A DNA stretch of 63,864 nucleotides, counting the filler, from Lenisia limosa (Eukaryota; Protista; Breviatea): NCBI GenBank assembly GCA_001655205.1. It is 11 parts of 11 records of this genome, joined end to end, with 100 filler letters (N's around TTAATTAATTAA, not from the genome) between each part and the next. Parts side by side here need not be neighbours in the genome. Positions count along the whole stretch, not along the records: positions 50,892 to 55,901 come from LPNZ01011068.1; positions 56,002 to 61,390 come from LPNZ01004068.1; positions 61,491 to 62,525 come from LPNZ01006023.1; positions 62,626 to 63,864 come from LPNZ01002772.1; 7 more parts are not named here. One strand, written 5' to 3'. The notes under the pieces were generated by a model, which was not told the DNA's origin, searched no databases, and worked only from the letters and a program-made list of their open reading frames with translations. The position numbers were made by a program, and so were the translations under genes. Below are positions 52,421 through 63,473 of this stretch, in pieces. Each line of letters opens with the position of its first letter. Position 1 is the first letter of the stretch.

Positions 52421-52980
52421 TATACACGCAATATTCATTGGATACGCAGAGTACATCCGAAACAAATTTGCCAGCAATGGGGATTATAGTGAACTCCAGT
52501 AGGGCTGCAACATATTAATTTTGAGTCTGTTTTGTGTAATAATGAGAAATACAAACAAAGTTCACAAGGGATTGCGAGTATATCGAGTATATCGTTTGCT
52601 ATCTCGCAATTAATCCCGAAATATCTCATCTTTGTATTATCATTTAAATGCATGGAATACCGCTTTGTTCCTTAAGAGGAATTGCTTGATTATTATACGA
52701 AACAGACGACCAATACTATATTGAAAACCATGAGGGTTTGTAAATAATCTCAGTTCTTTTCTCTTCAGAATAGAGACCTACCAAGAGAACTACTTTCTCG
52801 TTTAGGATACGAGCGGCCCTGAGGAAGTCAAATGAAACAAATCTGTCAGCATGTCGATGTTAATTCACTGTCAGAAACACTCATCCACCTCACCCTCAGC
52901 ATGCCATCATAATATCTCTTACCCTTGCCTCCATTCCAACAAAACCATCATCATCACCCACAACCACAACGTTCACCATC

Positions 52981-53029
<49 letters not shown>

Positions 53030-53216
53030 NNNNNNNNNNNNNNNNNNNNNNNNNNNNNNNNNNNNNNNNNNNNNNNNNNNNNNNNNNNNNNNNNNNNNNN
53101 NNNNNNNNNNNNNNNNNNNNNNNNNNNNNNNNNNNNNNNNNNNNNNNNNNNNNNNNNNNNNNNNNNNNNNNNNNNNNNNNNNNNNNNNNNNNNNNNNNNN
53201 NNNNNNNNNNNNNNNC

Positions 53217-53267
<51 letters not shown>

Positions 53268-53414
53268 GATCTCATACCTCATCAACGTCATCGTCATCGT
53301 CATCTCTGCGGTACTCCGTTACGACCTGGCCGAGCTCATAGGCCTCTGTGCCACTAATGCCAACCTGCCAAATAAAAAAGGAGAATTAAGAGCCGGGGGG
53401 GGGGNNNNNNNNNN

Positions 53415-53467
<53 letters not shown>

Positions 53468-55480
53468 NNNNNNNNNNNNNNNNNNNNNNNNNNNNNNNNN
53501 NNNNNNNNNNNNNNNNNNNNNNNNNNNNNNNNNNNNNNNNNNNNNNNNNNNNNNNTGGAAACAACAGGGGTTGAAAACAACAAAACAAACAAAACCTAGG
53601 CCAGTCGCATCTGCAGTGTACCTCAAACTAAAACTCTTCACTCAAGATAAACAAAACTCAACTCAATCCAACAAAAAAACAACTCAATTAACCAACACAA
53701 CCAAATCGCACCTTGCCATCCCAGGTCCACGCAATGAAGCAGCTGTTGCCAGCACACGAAAACGTTCCCTTTGTGGGTGCGATCGAATTGGGGAAAGTGA
53801 TCTAATAAGTCAACAGGAAGACCGGGGGTACTATAACTAGGGCTTTAAAGAGGACTAAACTACTCGATAAATACTCGAAAACTCTCGATAAATCCTCGAA
53901 AACTCTCGAAAACTCCTCGAAAACTCTTGATAAATCCTCGAAAACTCTTGATAAAACCTCGAAAACTCTCGATAATTTCCCGAACCGAAGTGAAGCCTTA
54001 AATAAAACAGGCAAATCTTATTCAGCTNNNNNNNNNNAAGGACCAGGTGAGGGTTTTTTTTGTCTTTGTCCCTTGTTAGGTCTCCTCCTTTGTTTTTGTT
54101 TTTTTTTGAGCCAATTGCAAAGTATATTCAAAATGGCTGCACTAACGGAATTCAACTCAAAGCTAAAAGCTAATAGAACTACACTACCGCGTTGGAGATA
54201 AGGAGTGTGAGCTCAATAACTTATTACATTAATAATAGACTGTACGTAAATACATAAAATAAGGTAGTATCTGGACGCCGTCCACGGCATCAAGAGGAAG
54301 CATTAGGTAACAGGAGAAGGCCATTTACCCCCACCCCCACTTGTTTTAAGGGAAGGTCACTGACAAGAATAGCGATTGAGATCGAGCCTCCCTCGCTCTG
54401 ATCCGCTGTAATGCGGAATGTCGCAAAGTCTCCCAGTATGGGGCCTGTGNNNNNNNNNNNNNNNNNNNNNNNNNNNNNNNNNNNNNNNNNNNNNNNNNNN
54501 NNNNNNNNNNNNNNNNNNNNNNNNNNNNNNNNNNNNNNNNNNNNNNNNNNNNNNNNNNNNNNNNNNNNNNNNNCCAACTACTATGTATGATTCAACACAA
54601 TGATTTTATTAAAACTATTCAGGCTGGGATAGGGAGCAAGCATATGAAAGTTATCCTACAAACCTTCACTGAGAGAGTGGACGCGTTCTCCTCACTCACA
54701 GTCAAATTGTTACCAAAGATATCGGAGAGCTGAAGTAATCAGAGCACATACCCACAGACATCCCCGATTGGATGAGGGATAAAATTGGAATTGAGCAAAT
54801 CATGGGGGGGGGGGGGNNNNNNNNNNGTACCGACACAATACATGCCGTCAAGACCTAGAGAAATGAAGCCTTTTTGGAATCTCATATTAATTATGTTTGT
54901 ATGAGATTACAAACATATATTATATGTATGTATGTGCTGAAAAGGTTTTGGGTTGAAATGTCATATGTACTATTACGCCTATATATTATACACATGTNNN
55001 NNNNNNNTTGGCTGACAACACACGAGGGGATTGTTAAGACTTCTTCAATCATTAATTCCCCAATCAAAGCTCTCATATCCTCAACATTCATCCGCTCCAA
55101 ATATAAAAACACGACCTTCCACACCTATTCCCTTCCAATACCTAGGGCTTCCCTACGGTTCGAAAAAGAACGTTAAAATATCGATATTTATCGAGGATTT
55201 ATCGAGAAATTCAGTCTTTTTTTGGCACGGCAGGGAAGCCCTTAAATACCCCCCCNNNNNNNNNNNNNNNNNNNNNNNNNNNNNNNNNNNNNNNNNNNNN
55301 NNNNNNNNNNNNNNNNNNNNNNNNNNNNNNNNNNNNNNNNNNNNNNNNNNNNNNNNNNNNNNNNNNNNNNNNAGGCGACCGAGGCTGGAGAGGCCTCACC
55401 GGGCTGGACCAAAACGGACACTGCACCAGTGCTGATGGTCTTAACCCCCACCGCGACCGCAATGGCATTGATTGCTGAAT
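52421..55480 (-). CDS. Fragment of an Ig-like/filamin-type repeat surface protein
   Basis: Exons SAINAIAVAVGVKTISTGAVSVLVQPGEASPASV, LSDIFGNNLTVSEE, DFATFRITADQSEGGSISIAIL, ITFPNSIAPTKGTFSCAGNSCFIAWTWDGK|VGISGTEAYELG with canonical splice sites. Confidence 0.5.
52970..53467. repeat. Intronic (ATC)n microsatellite blocks flanking N gaps
   Basis: Long CAT/ATC runs at about 52970-53029, 53217-53268 and 53415-53467. Confidence 0.95.
53556..53616 (-). mobile_element. Family I intronic repeat (gapped)
   Basis: Minus strand CTGCAGATGCGACTGGCCTAGGTTTTG..TTTTCAACCCCTG; a C-run and acceptor follow at 53365-53404. Confidence 0.65.
53838..54000. mobile_element. hAT-type MITE family A with expanded internal 10-bp-period repeat
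   Basis: About six AAACTCTCGA/TAAATCCTCG pairs between TAGGGCTT and GAAGTGAAGCCTTA; TSD ACTATAAC/AATAAAAC. Confidence 0.85.
55143..55243. mobile_element. hAT-type MITE family A (A1/A2 chimeric TIR)
   Basis: TAGGGCTTCCCTACGGTTCGAAAAAG ... CGGCAGGGAAGCCCT. Confidence 0.85.
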
Positions 55481-55553
55481 CTGGAGGGGGGGGGGTAAAA
55501 TTGGAAAATTTATGAGACAAAAAAAGCCCAAAATCAACTCTGTTGACTGACAG
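55481..55553 (-). mobile_element. Acceptor-terminal intronic repeat, family I (cleanest right end)
   Basis: Minus strand GTCAACAGAGTTGATTTTGGGCTTTTTTTGTCTCATAAATTTTCCAATTTTA-C-run-TCCAG|ATTCAGC. Confidence 0.8.
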
Positions 55554-55640
55554 GGAGGGAGTGGGTATTATGAAGAGAGGAAGGGGAGTAAAAATGGATT
55601 ATCAGAAAAAAGTCCAAATTCAGAAGGAGGGAGTTATATT

Positions 55641-55716
55641 CACGAACTACTAAGTCTTGACTGGTTTTCCTTGGAAAATCAAAGAGCAAATTGGTCAAGA
55701 CACATCCCGGTCACTG
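55641..55716. mobile_element. Tc1/mariner-type MITE family C (degenerate)
   Basis: AAGTCTTGAC ... GTCAAGACACATCCCGGTCACTG. Confidence 0.7.
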
Positions 55717-56104
55717 AATACTTAAGCTTCACTCCCGGTCCGGTTTCGGGTCTGAACCGGAATATTCGGTTCTGGTTCTTTGCAAAAAACGTTTCGGTTC
55801 TGGTTAACCGAAAGTCAAGCTTTAATACACCCCCACCCAATATCCTAGGATTATGGCCTAATACATGACAGACATCAATCCTAGGATTATGGCCTAATAC
55901 ANNNNNNNNNNNNNNNNNNNNNNNNNNNNNNNNNNNNNNNNNNNNTTAATTAATTAANNNNNNNNNNNNNNNNNNNNNNNNNNNNNNNNNNNNNNNNNNN
56001 NTGCTGCATTCATTTTTCTGTAGTAACAGAAAAAATTCTCACAGAATTGTATCTGTGACTAAATTTTTGTGAATTGAGAGCCAATATTGTTTCTAATACT
56101 GAAG

Positions 56105-56853
56105 GTCTCCATGCATGTTGGTGCGATGCTATACGGCTTCTACCGGGGGCATGTTTCGAATAGGGAATCCCCTCGGAAATTGGAAGAACCGTGCAGTCTG
56201 ATGGCGAAAATGATGCACGTATGGAGCGAAGTCAAGGACAACATTGAACCGTTGAAATGCATCGGAGCGTTTGTCATGGTATTCGGGCTAGAAAATTTCC
56301 CTTTTTCATATCAATTTTCAGATTTCACCACCTGAAGTATTTCCAACAGTCGATTCAGGCTTTTTTTTTTTTGTTCTATTTTTACTTGTTTTGTTGTTAT
56401 CAACGTTTGTCAGCCGACAGAGTTAATTTGGGCTTTTTTCCATAAATTTTCCAATTGTACCCCTTCCATGTCCACATTTCACGCCATCAGGTATTTGGAG
56501 CCCGGTTAGCTGACGGCTGTTCCATGGGGCATGCCATATCCGGGGTTGCTTCTGGCTCTATACGTGGGGGGGGGGGGGGNNNNNNNNNNNNNNNNNNNNN
56601 NNNNNNNNNNNNNNNNNNNNNNNNNNNNNNNNNNNNNNNNNNNNNNNNNNNNNNNNNNNNNNNNNNNNNNNNNNNNNNNNNNNNNNNNTTATTTCCAGAA
56701 AATGACTGAATTTCTCGACAAATCATCGATATATTTCGATAGTTACCGATCTTTTTCGTACCGGAGTGAAGCCCATTTATTTGCTTAGATGCCATGTGTG
56801 CCTCTCTGTTCTTTGTAATGGGTGGGCAGATAGCCGAGGTTCTTTCCCCCTAG
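56105..56853 (+). CDS. YeeE/YedE (TsuA-like) sulfur-compound transporter family protein, 3' part
   Basis: Spliced CIGAFVM|VFGARLADGCSMGHAISGVASGSI|HAMCASLFFVMGG matches the family GARLAxGCxxGHxxSG motif; stop 56851-56853. Confidence 0.65.
56384..56490 (+). mobile_element. Acceptor-terminal intronic repeat, family I
   Basis: TTATCAACG..GTCAGCCGACAGAGTTAATTTGGGC..CATAAATTTTCCAATTGTACCCC..CATCAG|exon. Confidence 0.7.
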
Positions 56854-57498
56854 ATTCAATATATGATCTTTGGTCTTTGGTCTTGTTCTTGGATGTTTTG
56901 TTTTCAATTTGATCACAACTAGATGTCTAATATATGCTTATCTTGTTCAAACATGTGGACGGCTTTGTCCGAAAATAAACCTTGTTTCATTTCTCATCTA
57001 ATAAAAAATATTTAAATTTTCAGAGGCTGAGGTAAATGAGATGGTGGCCTTTTACATTATGACGATGATGCAATATGTTTGTACAAATGGGCAATTGTCA
57101 CCAAGAATTGTTTTCAAAGATCAACCAACGAGTGGATAAGTCCCCAAGCCCCCTTTACCCTATGCTGAATACCAGAATAATACGATTTAATTATTTGATT
57201 TTGATTGGGAAGTTATGGCGTTGTAATAATGAGATAATATGATACGATGATTGGATGATAGCATGATGCAAGCATGATGCAAGCATGAAGCAAGTGATGA
57301 TTGTGAAAGGCAATGACCAGGGCTGTGCGCCGCCACCGCGGGTGCCAGGGAACCGGTTTCAGTTTCTAGGGTGAATATACCCCCAGGTTATTGATGCATT
57401 AAATTACGTTTCATTGAATTTGTGATTTTGAGCCTGGGTTTTAGTTAGGAGAGGCGGTCAATTTTTCCAAAAACTATCATCATCAAAGTCAGTACACA

Positions 57499-60400
57499 AT
57501 GGACGAAGTTAGTTTCAACAAAGACCATCATATTCGGTTCTTTATGAACTCCTTGAACTGTCTTCCTTCTCCATACCAGTCAAGTGTAAGTCTGATTTGT
57601 TATAGTTATTGTATTTCAGGACCCCAATCGACTTACCATTCTTTACTTTTGTGTGTCTGCCCTTGATATTCTTGGAGCTTCAGACAAGCTCCCAAAGCAA
57701 GACATCATCAACTGGGTGATGGCCACTTACGTGAGCAATTCCTTTTTTTATAAATATAGTGGCTCTTCCTAGATGTTATCCGCTTGATACTACCTTTTGT
57801 TTTATCTTGCCTAAATTTGCATTTTCCATTGTGACCGAAACAGATTGAGACTGCGGATGGCAGAGCTGGTTTCCGAGGCGGCACCTTTTGGGGTGCACCA
57901 TTCTCTCCAGCACTTAATAAGTTGGGGGCTTAGTTTTGTTGACAGACATATACTTTTTTTTTTTTTTTAATATTTTTTTAGATGTATGGGAGGACATGAC
58001 AATCCCCATTTAGCGAATACTTATTGTGCACTCTGTATCTTGGCTATTCTGAGACACAACTTTGTAAGGATTTCTTTTTTTCTATCATCTTGTATTGTAG
58101 GAGGGTATTTCAATTGAAAAAGTGTTGAAGGAGGTTTCTTGTCGTCAAGCTGAAGATGGAGGGTAAGACTATTATAAGGAAACCTTGACAGGTACTATTA
58201 TAAGGAAAGCTTAACAGGTACTATTATAAAAGGAAAGCTTAACAGGTACTATTATAAGGGAAGCTTGACAGGTACTATTATAAGGAATTTTAACATGTAG
58301 CTTCTTCTCTTCTTCTTGGAGTGTTGAGAAGGACATTCGATTTACTTACAGCGCATTGGCAATTTGTAAGATATTAAGAAGTTTTGAAGGTACAGTGCAT
58401 TTATTGACATAACTGTACCTTCAGGAGTTAATAGGGAGCAAGCTGCCAAATATATTCTTTCCTGCCAGGTAGGAGGACGTCTACGCTGTGAATATTCAGT
58501 GACCGGGATAAGTCTTGCAAGGTGATTTCCCAAGGAAATCACCTTGTAAATCTGTCAGGACTTATCCCGGTCACTGTATATAACCAAAAACAATCGACCG
58601 GAACCCAAAAGTTTTACAAAATGATTGGGACTTACAATTAGGGCTTCACTTCGGTTCGAAAAATGACTGGATCATTCGATAAATCCTCGAAAACTCTCGA
58701 TATGTTACCAGTATTTTTGTAACCAGTGAAGTCCTACCTGCAATACAATCCCCCCAAGTAAGAATACACTGATCGCAATAAGTCCTGACACGGACATTGA
58801 GTTTCATCGTTGGTCAATCGTATCGGGACTTATCGCGGTGAATATGATATGTATTTGCTCGGTGTAAGTTCTAAAAACTGTTTTTTTTTGATGAACTTAT
58901 TTTTTGAGCAATTTGATGGTGCTTTTGGCCAAGAGCCTGGAAATGAAGGACATGGTTTGCTTAAGTGGAATAGATGTTATTGTTTACTATTTTCCATTTT
59001 TTTTAACTTTTAAGGAGGAGTTACCTTTTGTGGAGTTGCTGCTCTTAGCGTTCTTAATAAACTTGGTATGAGTTATTTTTGAAATCGTTATTTCTTTTCT
59101 GAAATCAAATTTATTTATGAATTATTTTCATTTTGAGTGTAGATGAGATTCAAAACCCGGATCAGTTACTGAGATGGACAGCAATGAGAGTTGTTTCAGG
59201 CTACCAAGGCAGGCTTCACAAACCTGCAGATACATGTTACTCATGGTAGTTTTTGGGGATTGTTTTGGTGAGACTTAATAATCTGTTGTGTTAGCCTTTA
59301 TCCACTATTGATAGGATCATATGACCGACTTTCGAGTGAATATGAGGAATCATATCACTGTGTGGAAAATGATAGTCCTCACGTGAAAATGATCCAAAAA
59401 GTGATATGAGAATTGTTACACTTCCACTCATATATAATAGTAATATAATTATCATTAGGGCTCCGTGTGGTTAATTTTTTTGAGAAAATTAAATGACAAA
59501 ATTAGAAAACAAAGTGTCTGAAAGGGGGTTCTGGTTACAATATGTATCTCGTGCTTGGAGCCCTAATTATTATAAGGTGGATTGGAGCATCCCAGCAGAT
59601 CTTGGGAGAGCATCTTTGTGCTCCCGTTCCGTTTGCCCTTCCCGAACATGTTATTCCTTTTAATTTAAGGTTTGTTTATAATTCGGTTCAGCCAATTAAT
59701 GCTCCAGACATCATTCAGAATTATTCGGATATTACAATAATGATTTGGACTTCCGTACGATCTCAATAAAGATCGAATCTCTCGATAAATCCTCGATAAA
59801 TATCGATATTTAAACGTTCCTTTTCAGACCGCAGGGAAGCCATTGTATATGATATAATAATACTTCATGATAATAAACTATGATATTGTTTTTAGTATGT
59901 CATAAAATGAAGTAGCTTATATTCATAATATTTTTTATGATTTTTCGAGAATAATAAGAAAGGACGACGTTATGGTTAGTTTATATGTATATTCGGAAAT
60001 ACGTGACAATTTTCTCGAACTATAACCTGCTTTAAACTTATCTAGTTTTCCCTCAGATTATCAAATGTTGGAAACCACTGTATTCTGCATATTATTCTCA
60101 ATATGAAGACACGGAGCAACAATCACTAAAAAAAATGGCAATAATATTGTTAGCTAACAGTGAACTGAACCTCGTCACCTATATATTATACAATTTAAGA
60201 AGCACTTTTCTTTTTGAATTCCTCTACTTTACTAATTCCTTTAATTATCACTTTCAACCCAAGATTTGTCTGCAGTTATGTAACTAACAATCAATAGTTG
60301 TTGTTCCAAATATGGCGGCTTTGGCAAGCATCCAGACACTTTCCCTGATTTGATGCATTCTTACCTCACGTAAGTGGCTGGAAGTGACTTTTCCACATAT

Positions 60401-60530
60401 GATGTACAGTTTACATTTATCATGTTTTTTAATAACTAGGATTGCTGGAATGTCTCTCCTTGGACAGTTTGATCTTCTTCCATTGGATACTGTCCTAAAT
60501 ATTTCGAAAGAAGCAGCAAAAGCCCTTTAA
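57499..60530 (+). CDS. PGGT1B: Geranylgeranyl transferase type-I beta subunit
   Basis: FNKDHHIRFF..LPSPYQS, NRLTILYFCVSALDIL, GFRGG, HLANTYCALCIL, FDGAFGQEPGNEGHGGVTFC, GYQGRLHKPADTCYSWWIGAS, GGFGKHPDTFPDLMHSYL; stop 60528-60530. Confidence 0.92.
58168..58287. repeat. Intronic minisatellite, ~5 x 26 bp (ACTATTATAAGGAAAGCTTAACAGGT)
   Basis: Directly visible tandem copies. Confidence 0.88.
58497..58576. mobile_element. Tc1/mariner-type MITE family C
   Basis: CAGTGACCGGGATAAGTCTTG ... CTTATCCCGGTCACTG|TA. Confidence 0.88.
58639..58736. mobile_element. hAT-type MITE family A
   Basis: TIRs plus TSD CTTACAAT/CCTGCAAT. Confidence 0.88.
59456..59565. mobile_element. hAT-type MITE family B (deleted copy)
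   Basis: TAGGGCTCCG ... GGAGCCCTA; TSD ATTATCAT/ATTATTAT; internal match to 12794-12932. Confidence 0.85.
59745..59844. mobile_element. hAT-type MITE family A (subfamily A2, degenerate)
   Basis: CTCGATAAATCCTCGATAAATATCGATATTT core and CAGACCGCAGGGAAGCC end. Confidence 0.7.
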
Positions 60531-62625
60531 TGTTCCTGTGTATCTTTGTTCTTGTGAATGCAAACGACGCATTTTATTAGGGTGGGTTTTGTTGCTTAGG
60601 CCTGGTGGCAACAAGTGTTTGCTGTTTGCCTTGAAAAGAACAGGTAGGGATCCTTAACCGTTTCATTGTTGAGAGACATAAATGTTATTGATATGTGAAA
60701 TACCAAGATGTAATAAAAGGCGTTTTAACACCGTCGGGCCGGGTCGATTTATGAGGCACTTCAAATGCTCTTTTGAGAATTCCGCAATCCTCAAATCAAA
60801 AAATAATAATCATAGCATCATATCAATGTTTTCTAATTTTGACAAGTATCTATGAATGTGACTGTCGGGGTATCGGGAGAACGCAAGCCATGTTCAATTT
60901 TCATCATTTCTACTCAGGTGGTCAACAAAATGTCAAATGAATAATCATTCAACAAGTTTACCCGATCACAAGGATCCTGCTCTTTTAACTTTCCATTTTT
61001 ATTCTCTCAGTCTTTCTTTATCCAGTTTGATACAGAGGTGTACATTAGGTAGTTAGGCTAAATTATTCGGGATTTAGTTCAATAAGGGTCCAGGAATAGT
61101 CAGTTGTCTTCAAAGAACTGCTCGCTATGTTCTAATAATGCACTCTGCAATACCCTCAACGAGTTCTGGTTGGCTTTAACAGCTTCTTTGAGTTGTTATG
61201 ACCAATATAGACCCTGAATGGAGAGATAATAACCCCTCGAAGAAGTTGAACAGGAAGGTGATCAAGGTTGGCAGTTGTAACTGTTGGCTGCATGTGACAA
61301 CCATTCGTCACAGGGACGACTTAGGATAATATTTGAAATGATTGATGCTTTTGGGCCTTGAGTAGTGCACCCTCACTCCCCCCCCCCCCCNNNNNNNNNN
61401 NNNNNNNNNNNNNNNNNNNNNNNNNNNNNNNNNNTTAATTAATTAANNNNNNNNNNNNNNNNNNNNNNNNNNNNNNNNNNNNNNNNNNNNCAGAACTAAA
61501 AAGGTAACAACGGGCAGTTTTAGTTTGAGATTGAATTGATAATTTGAGTATTTCTTTCTTGTTATGATAAACGTAATAATAAAACAACTTGGAATACAAT
61601 TGACCCCCCTCCCTCCTACTTGCCGTCAGGAAGTGCGAGGAATCCTGAAGCAGATCCATCATCCTACAGGAGGTAAAGAGGGAAAATGTTGTTCATTGAA
61701 TTGGAACAGATGTTTAAATGTAAAAGCACGCCAAAGAACACAGGATAGTAGCCTACTTTGCTTGGCGCTTCAGGGGCAATAACTGCACCCTCCTCTTCAT
61801 CCGACTCGTCAGAGTCATCTTCGGACGGCTCCACAATCTATACAGCAATGAGCAAGCCCATGGGAGAGCTGAAACAAGCAATAAGAATTGCATCACAAAC
61901 CATTGTTGTGCTGTTAATGATAATAGTGTTCTGTAACCAACCAAAGGTTTAAGCGGCAAATAGTGGTCATCAGCAAAGCTCAGTCTTTCATCATTCTGGA
62001 ATCTTGAAGGTGCACCAGGAACCTTCAGAAGCGACTTGCCCGGTTTGAGCACTCGAGGATCCGGGGTACTTCCTATTTGGGTAAATCTAGAAGAACCACA
62101 TAGTTGCGTTTTCTGTCCTCCCAAAAATATAAATTATATATAAAAAACATACGTATTATATATTATTCAATGAACTTGAGTTGATATTATGATAGTACAT
62201 ACCAGCAGGGGGCTTAGCACGTGGGCCTGGAGTCGTAGTTTTAGGGGCTCGTGGCTTGGACTAAGTGTGATACGGCATCAGGGTTTTCAAAATAAACGGG
62301 ACAGGTAACTCCAATTATTATTATTTTATTTGATTTCCAATTATTAAAAGTTGACAGCAAGGAGTGAACAATTATTAACGATGAGAGCAAGGAGTGAACA
62401 ATTATTGAGATCAAGGAGAAGCAGTGAACTGATCCAAGGCATCGAACAAACAACACCCACCCGTTTTATTGGTGGTGGTGATTTGGCACGGCTCTGCAAT
62501 GAGGAATGAACGGGACTTGCCTGAGNNNNNNNNNNNNNNNNNNNNNNNNNNNNNNNNNNNNNNNNNNNNTTAATTAATTAANNNNNNNNNNNNNNNNNNN
62601 NNNNNNNNNNNNNNNNNNNNNNNNN

Positions 62626-63446
62626 CAACACTGCCACGCCAGATTTGCGTACACGCATGCCACTCTATTCCACCAACCACACCATGGGTGAATCTGTGAG
62701 AGGGGGGGGTACAATCGGTTATCGATATATATCGAGGGTTTATCGAGGATTTATCGAGTGTTCATCGAGAATTTATCAAGGATTTATCAAAATGTTTGGA
62801 CCTGATCTCATTTCTTCCCCCTCAATTATTTTTTCAGGGGGGTTCTATGACCCACACGCATGAACCTCTCGCCAAGCTTCATACCCATGAGTGAGGGGGG
62901 TATAGCTTATATGATAGTATATTGTGCTATTTATTATCTGTTTGAGTGTTGGTGGTAAGCTTCCCCGCTGCCCCTCTGAGGCTGGGTCTTGGCCGTAGGG
63001 TAGGAAATGTTGGAACCGAAAAAGTTCGACGACCTTGCTTCAGGAAAAGATGTTAAACGAGGCTAATTGAACTGATTTTTGGGGAGTTCTGAAGAAAAGT
63101 CGTCGAATTTTTTGTCGAAATAGTTTCCAACCCTCAGCGGCCAAGATCCCCAATTATCATCCCAATCTAAAACATCGACATTCATCGAGGATTTATTGAC
63201 AAATTCAGTCTTTTTGGGGACTGTTGGGAAGCCTTCAGTTTCCTCTTGAACCGTCTGTCATTTTTTGTTTAAAAAAATCCCCTTCTGTTTGTGCTCTTTC
63301 TGATTCCTTGTTACACGATCTCTTGATATCCCTAATCACCGCTAATTTTCCCAGCATTTCACATGGGCACACCTGCGAGGGTTGCGAAATCCTCAAATCC
63401 GGAGAACATACCCATGCCACTTTCGAGTGGAAAGATAAAGCCTGGT
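62626..63446 (+). CDS. Hypothetical multi-exon gene fragment
   Basis: Donors at about 62686, 62890 (GTGAG + G-run) and 63447 (GTAAG); open exons; frame unresolved. Confidence 0.3.
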
Positions 63447-63473
63447 AAGAGGTTTTAAATAAAAACAAGTGTA

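Noticed and set aside
52851-53357. Poly-His, poly-Ser, poly-Met or poly-Asp proteins
   Set aside because: Translations of an intronic (ATC)n microsatellite bridged by N gaps.
53720-53800. Plus-strand kinase-like peptide VHAMKQLLPAHENVPFVGAIELGK
   Set aside because: No other kinase subdomains are nearby, and minus-strand splice sites, C-runs and neighbouring exons support the opposite strand.
60540-61390. Minus-strand gene convergent on PGGT1B
   Set aside because: Some open segments with splice-like ends, but no consistent frame or recognisable motif; too weak to call.
8005-62581. Ten identical TTAATTAATTAA motifs as a biological repeat or regulatory site
   Set aside because: Each sits in the centre of exactly 100 bp with 44 N per side and has stops in six frames: an assembly linker. 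Gene neighbourhoods across these points, e.g. gcvPB-FARSB, cannot be interpreted.
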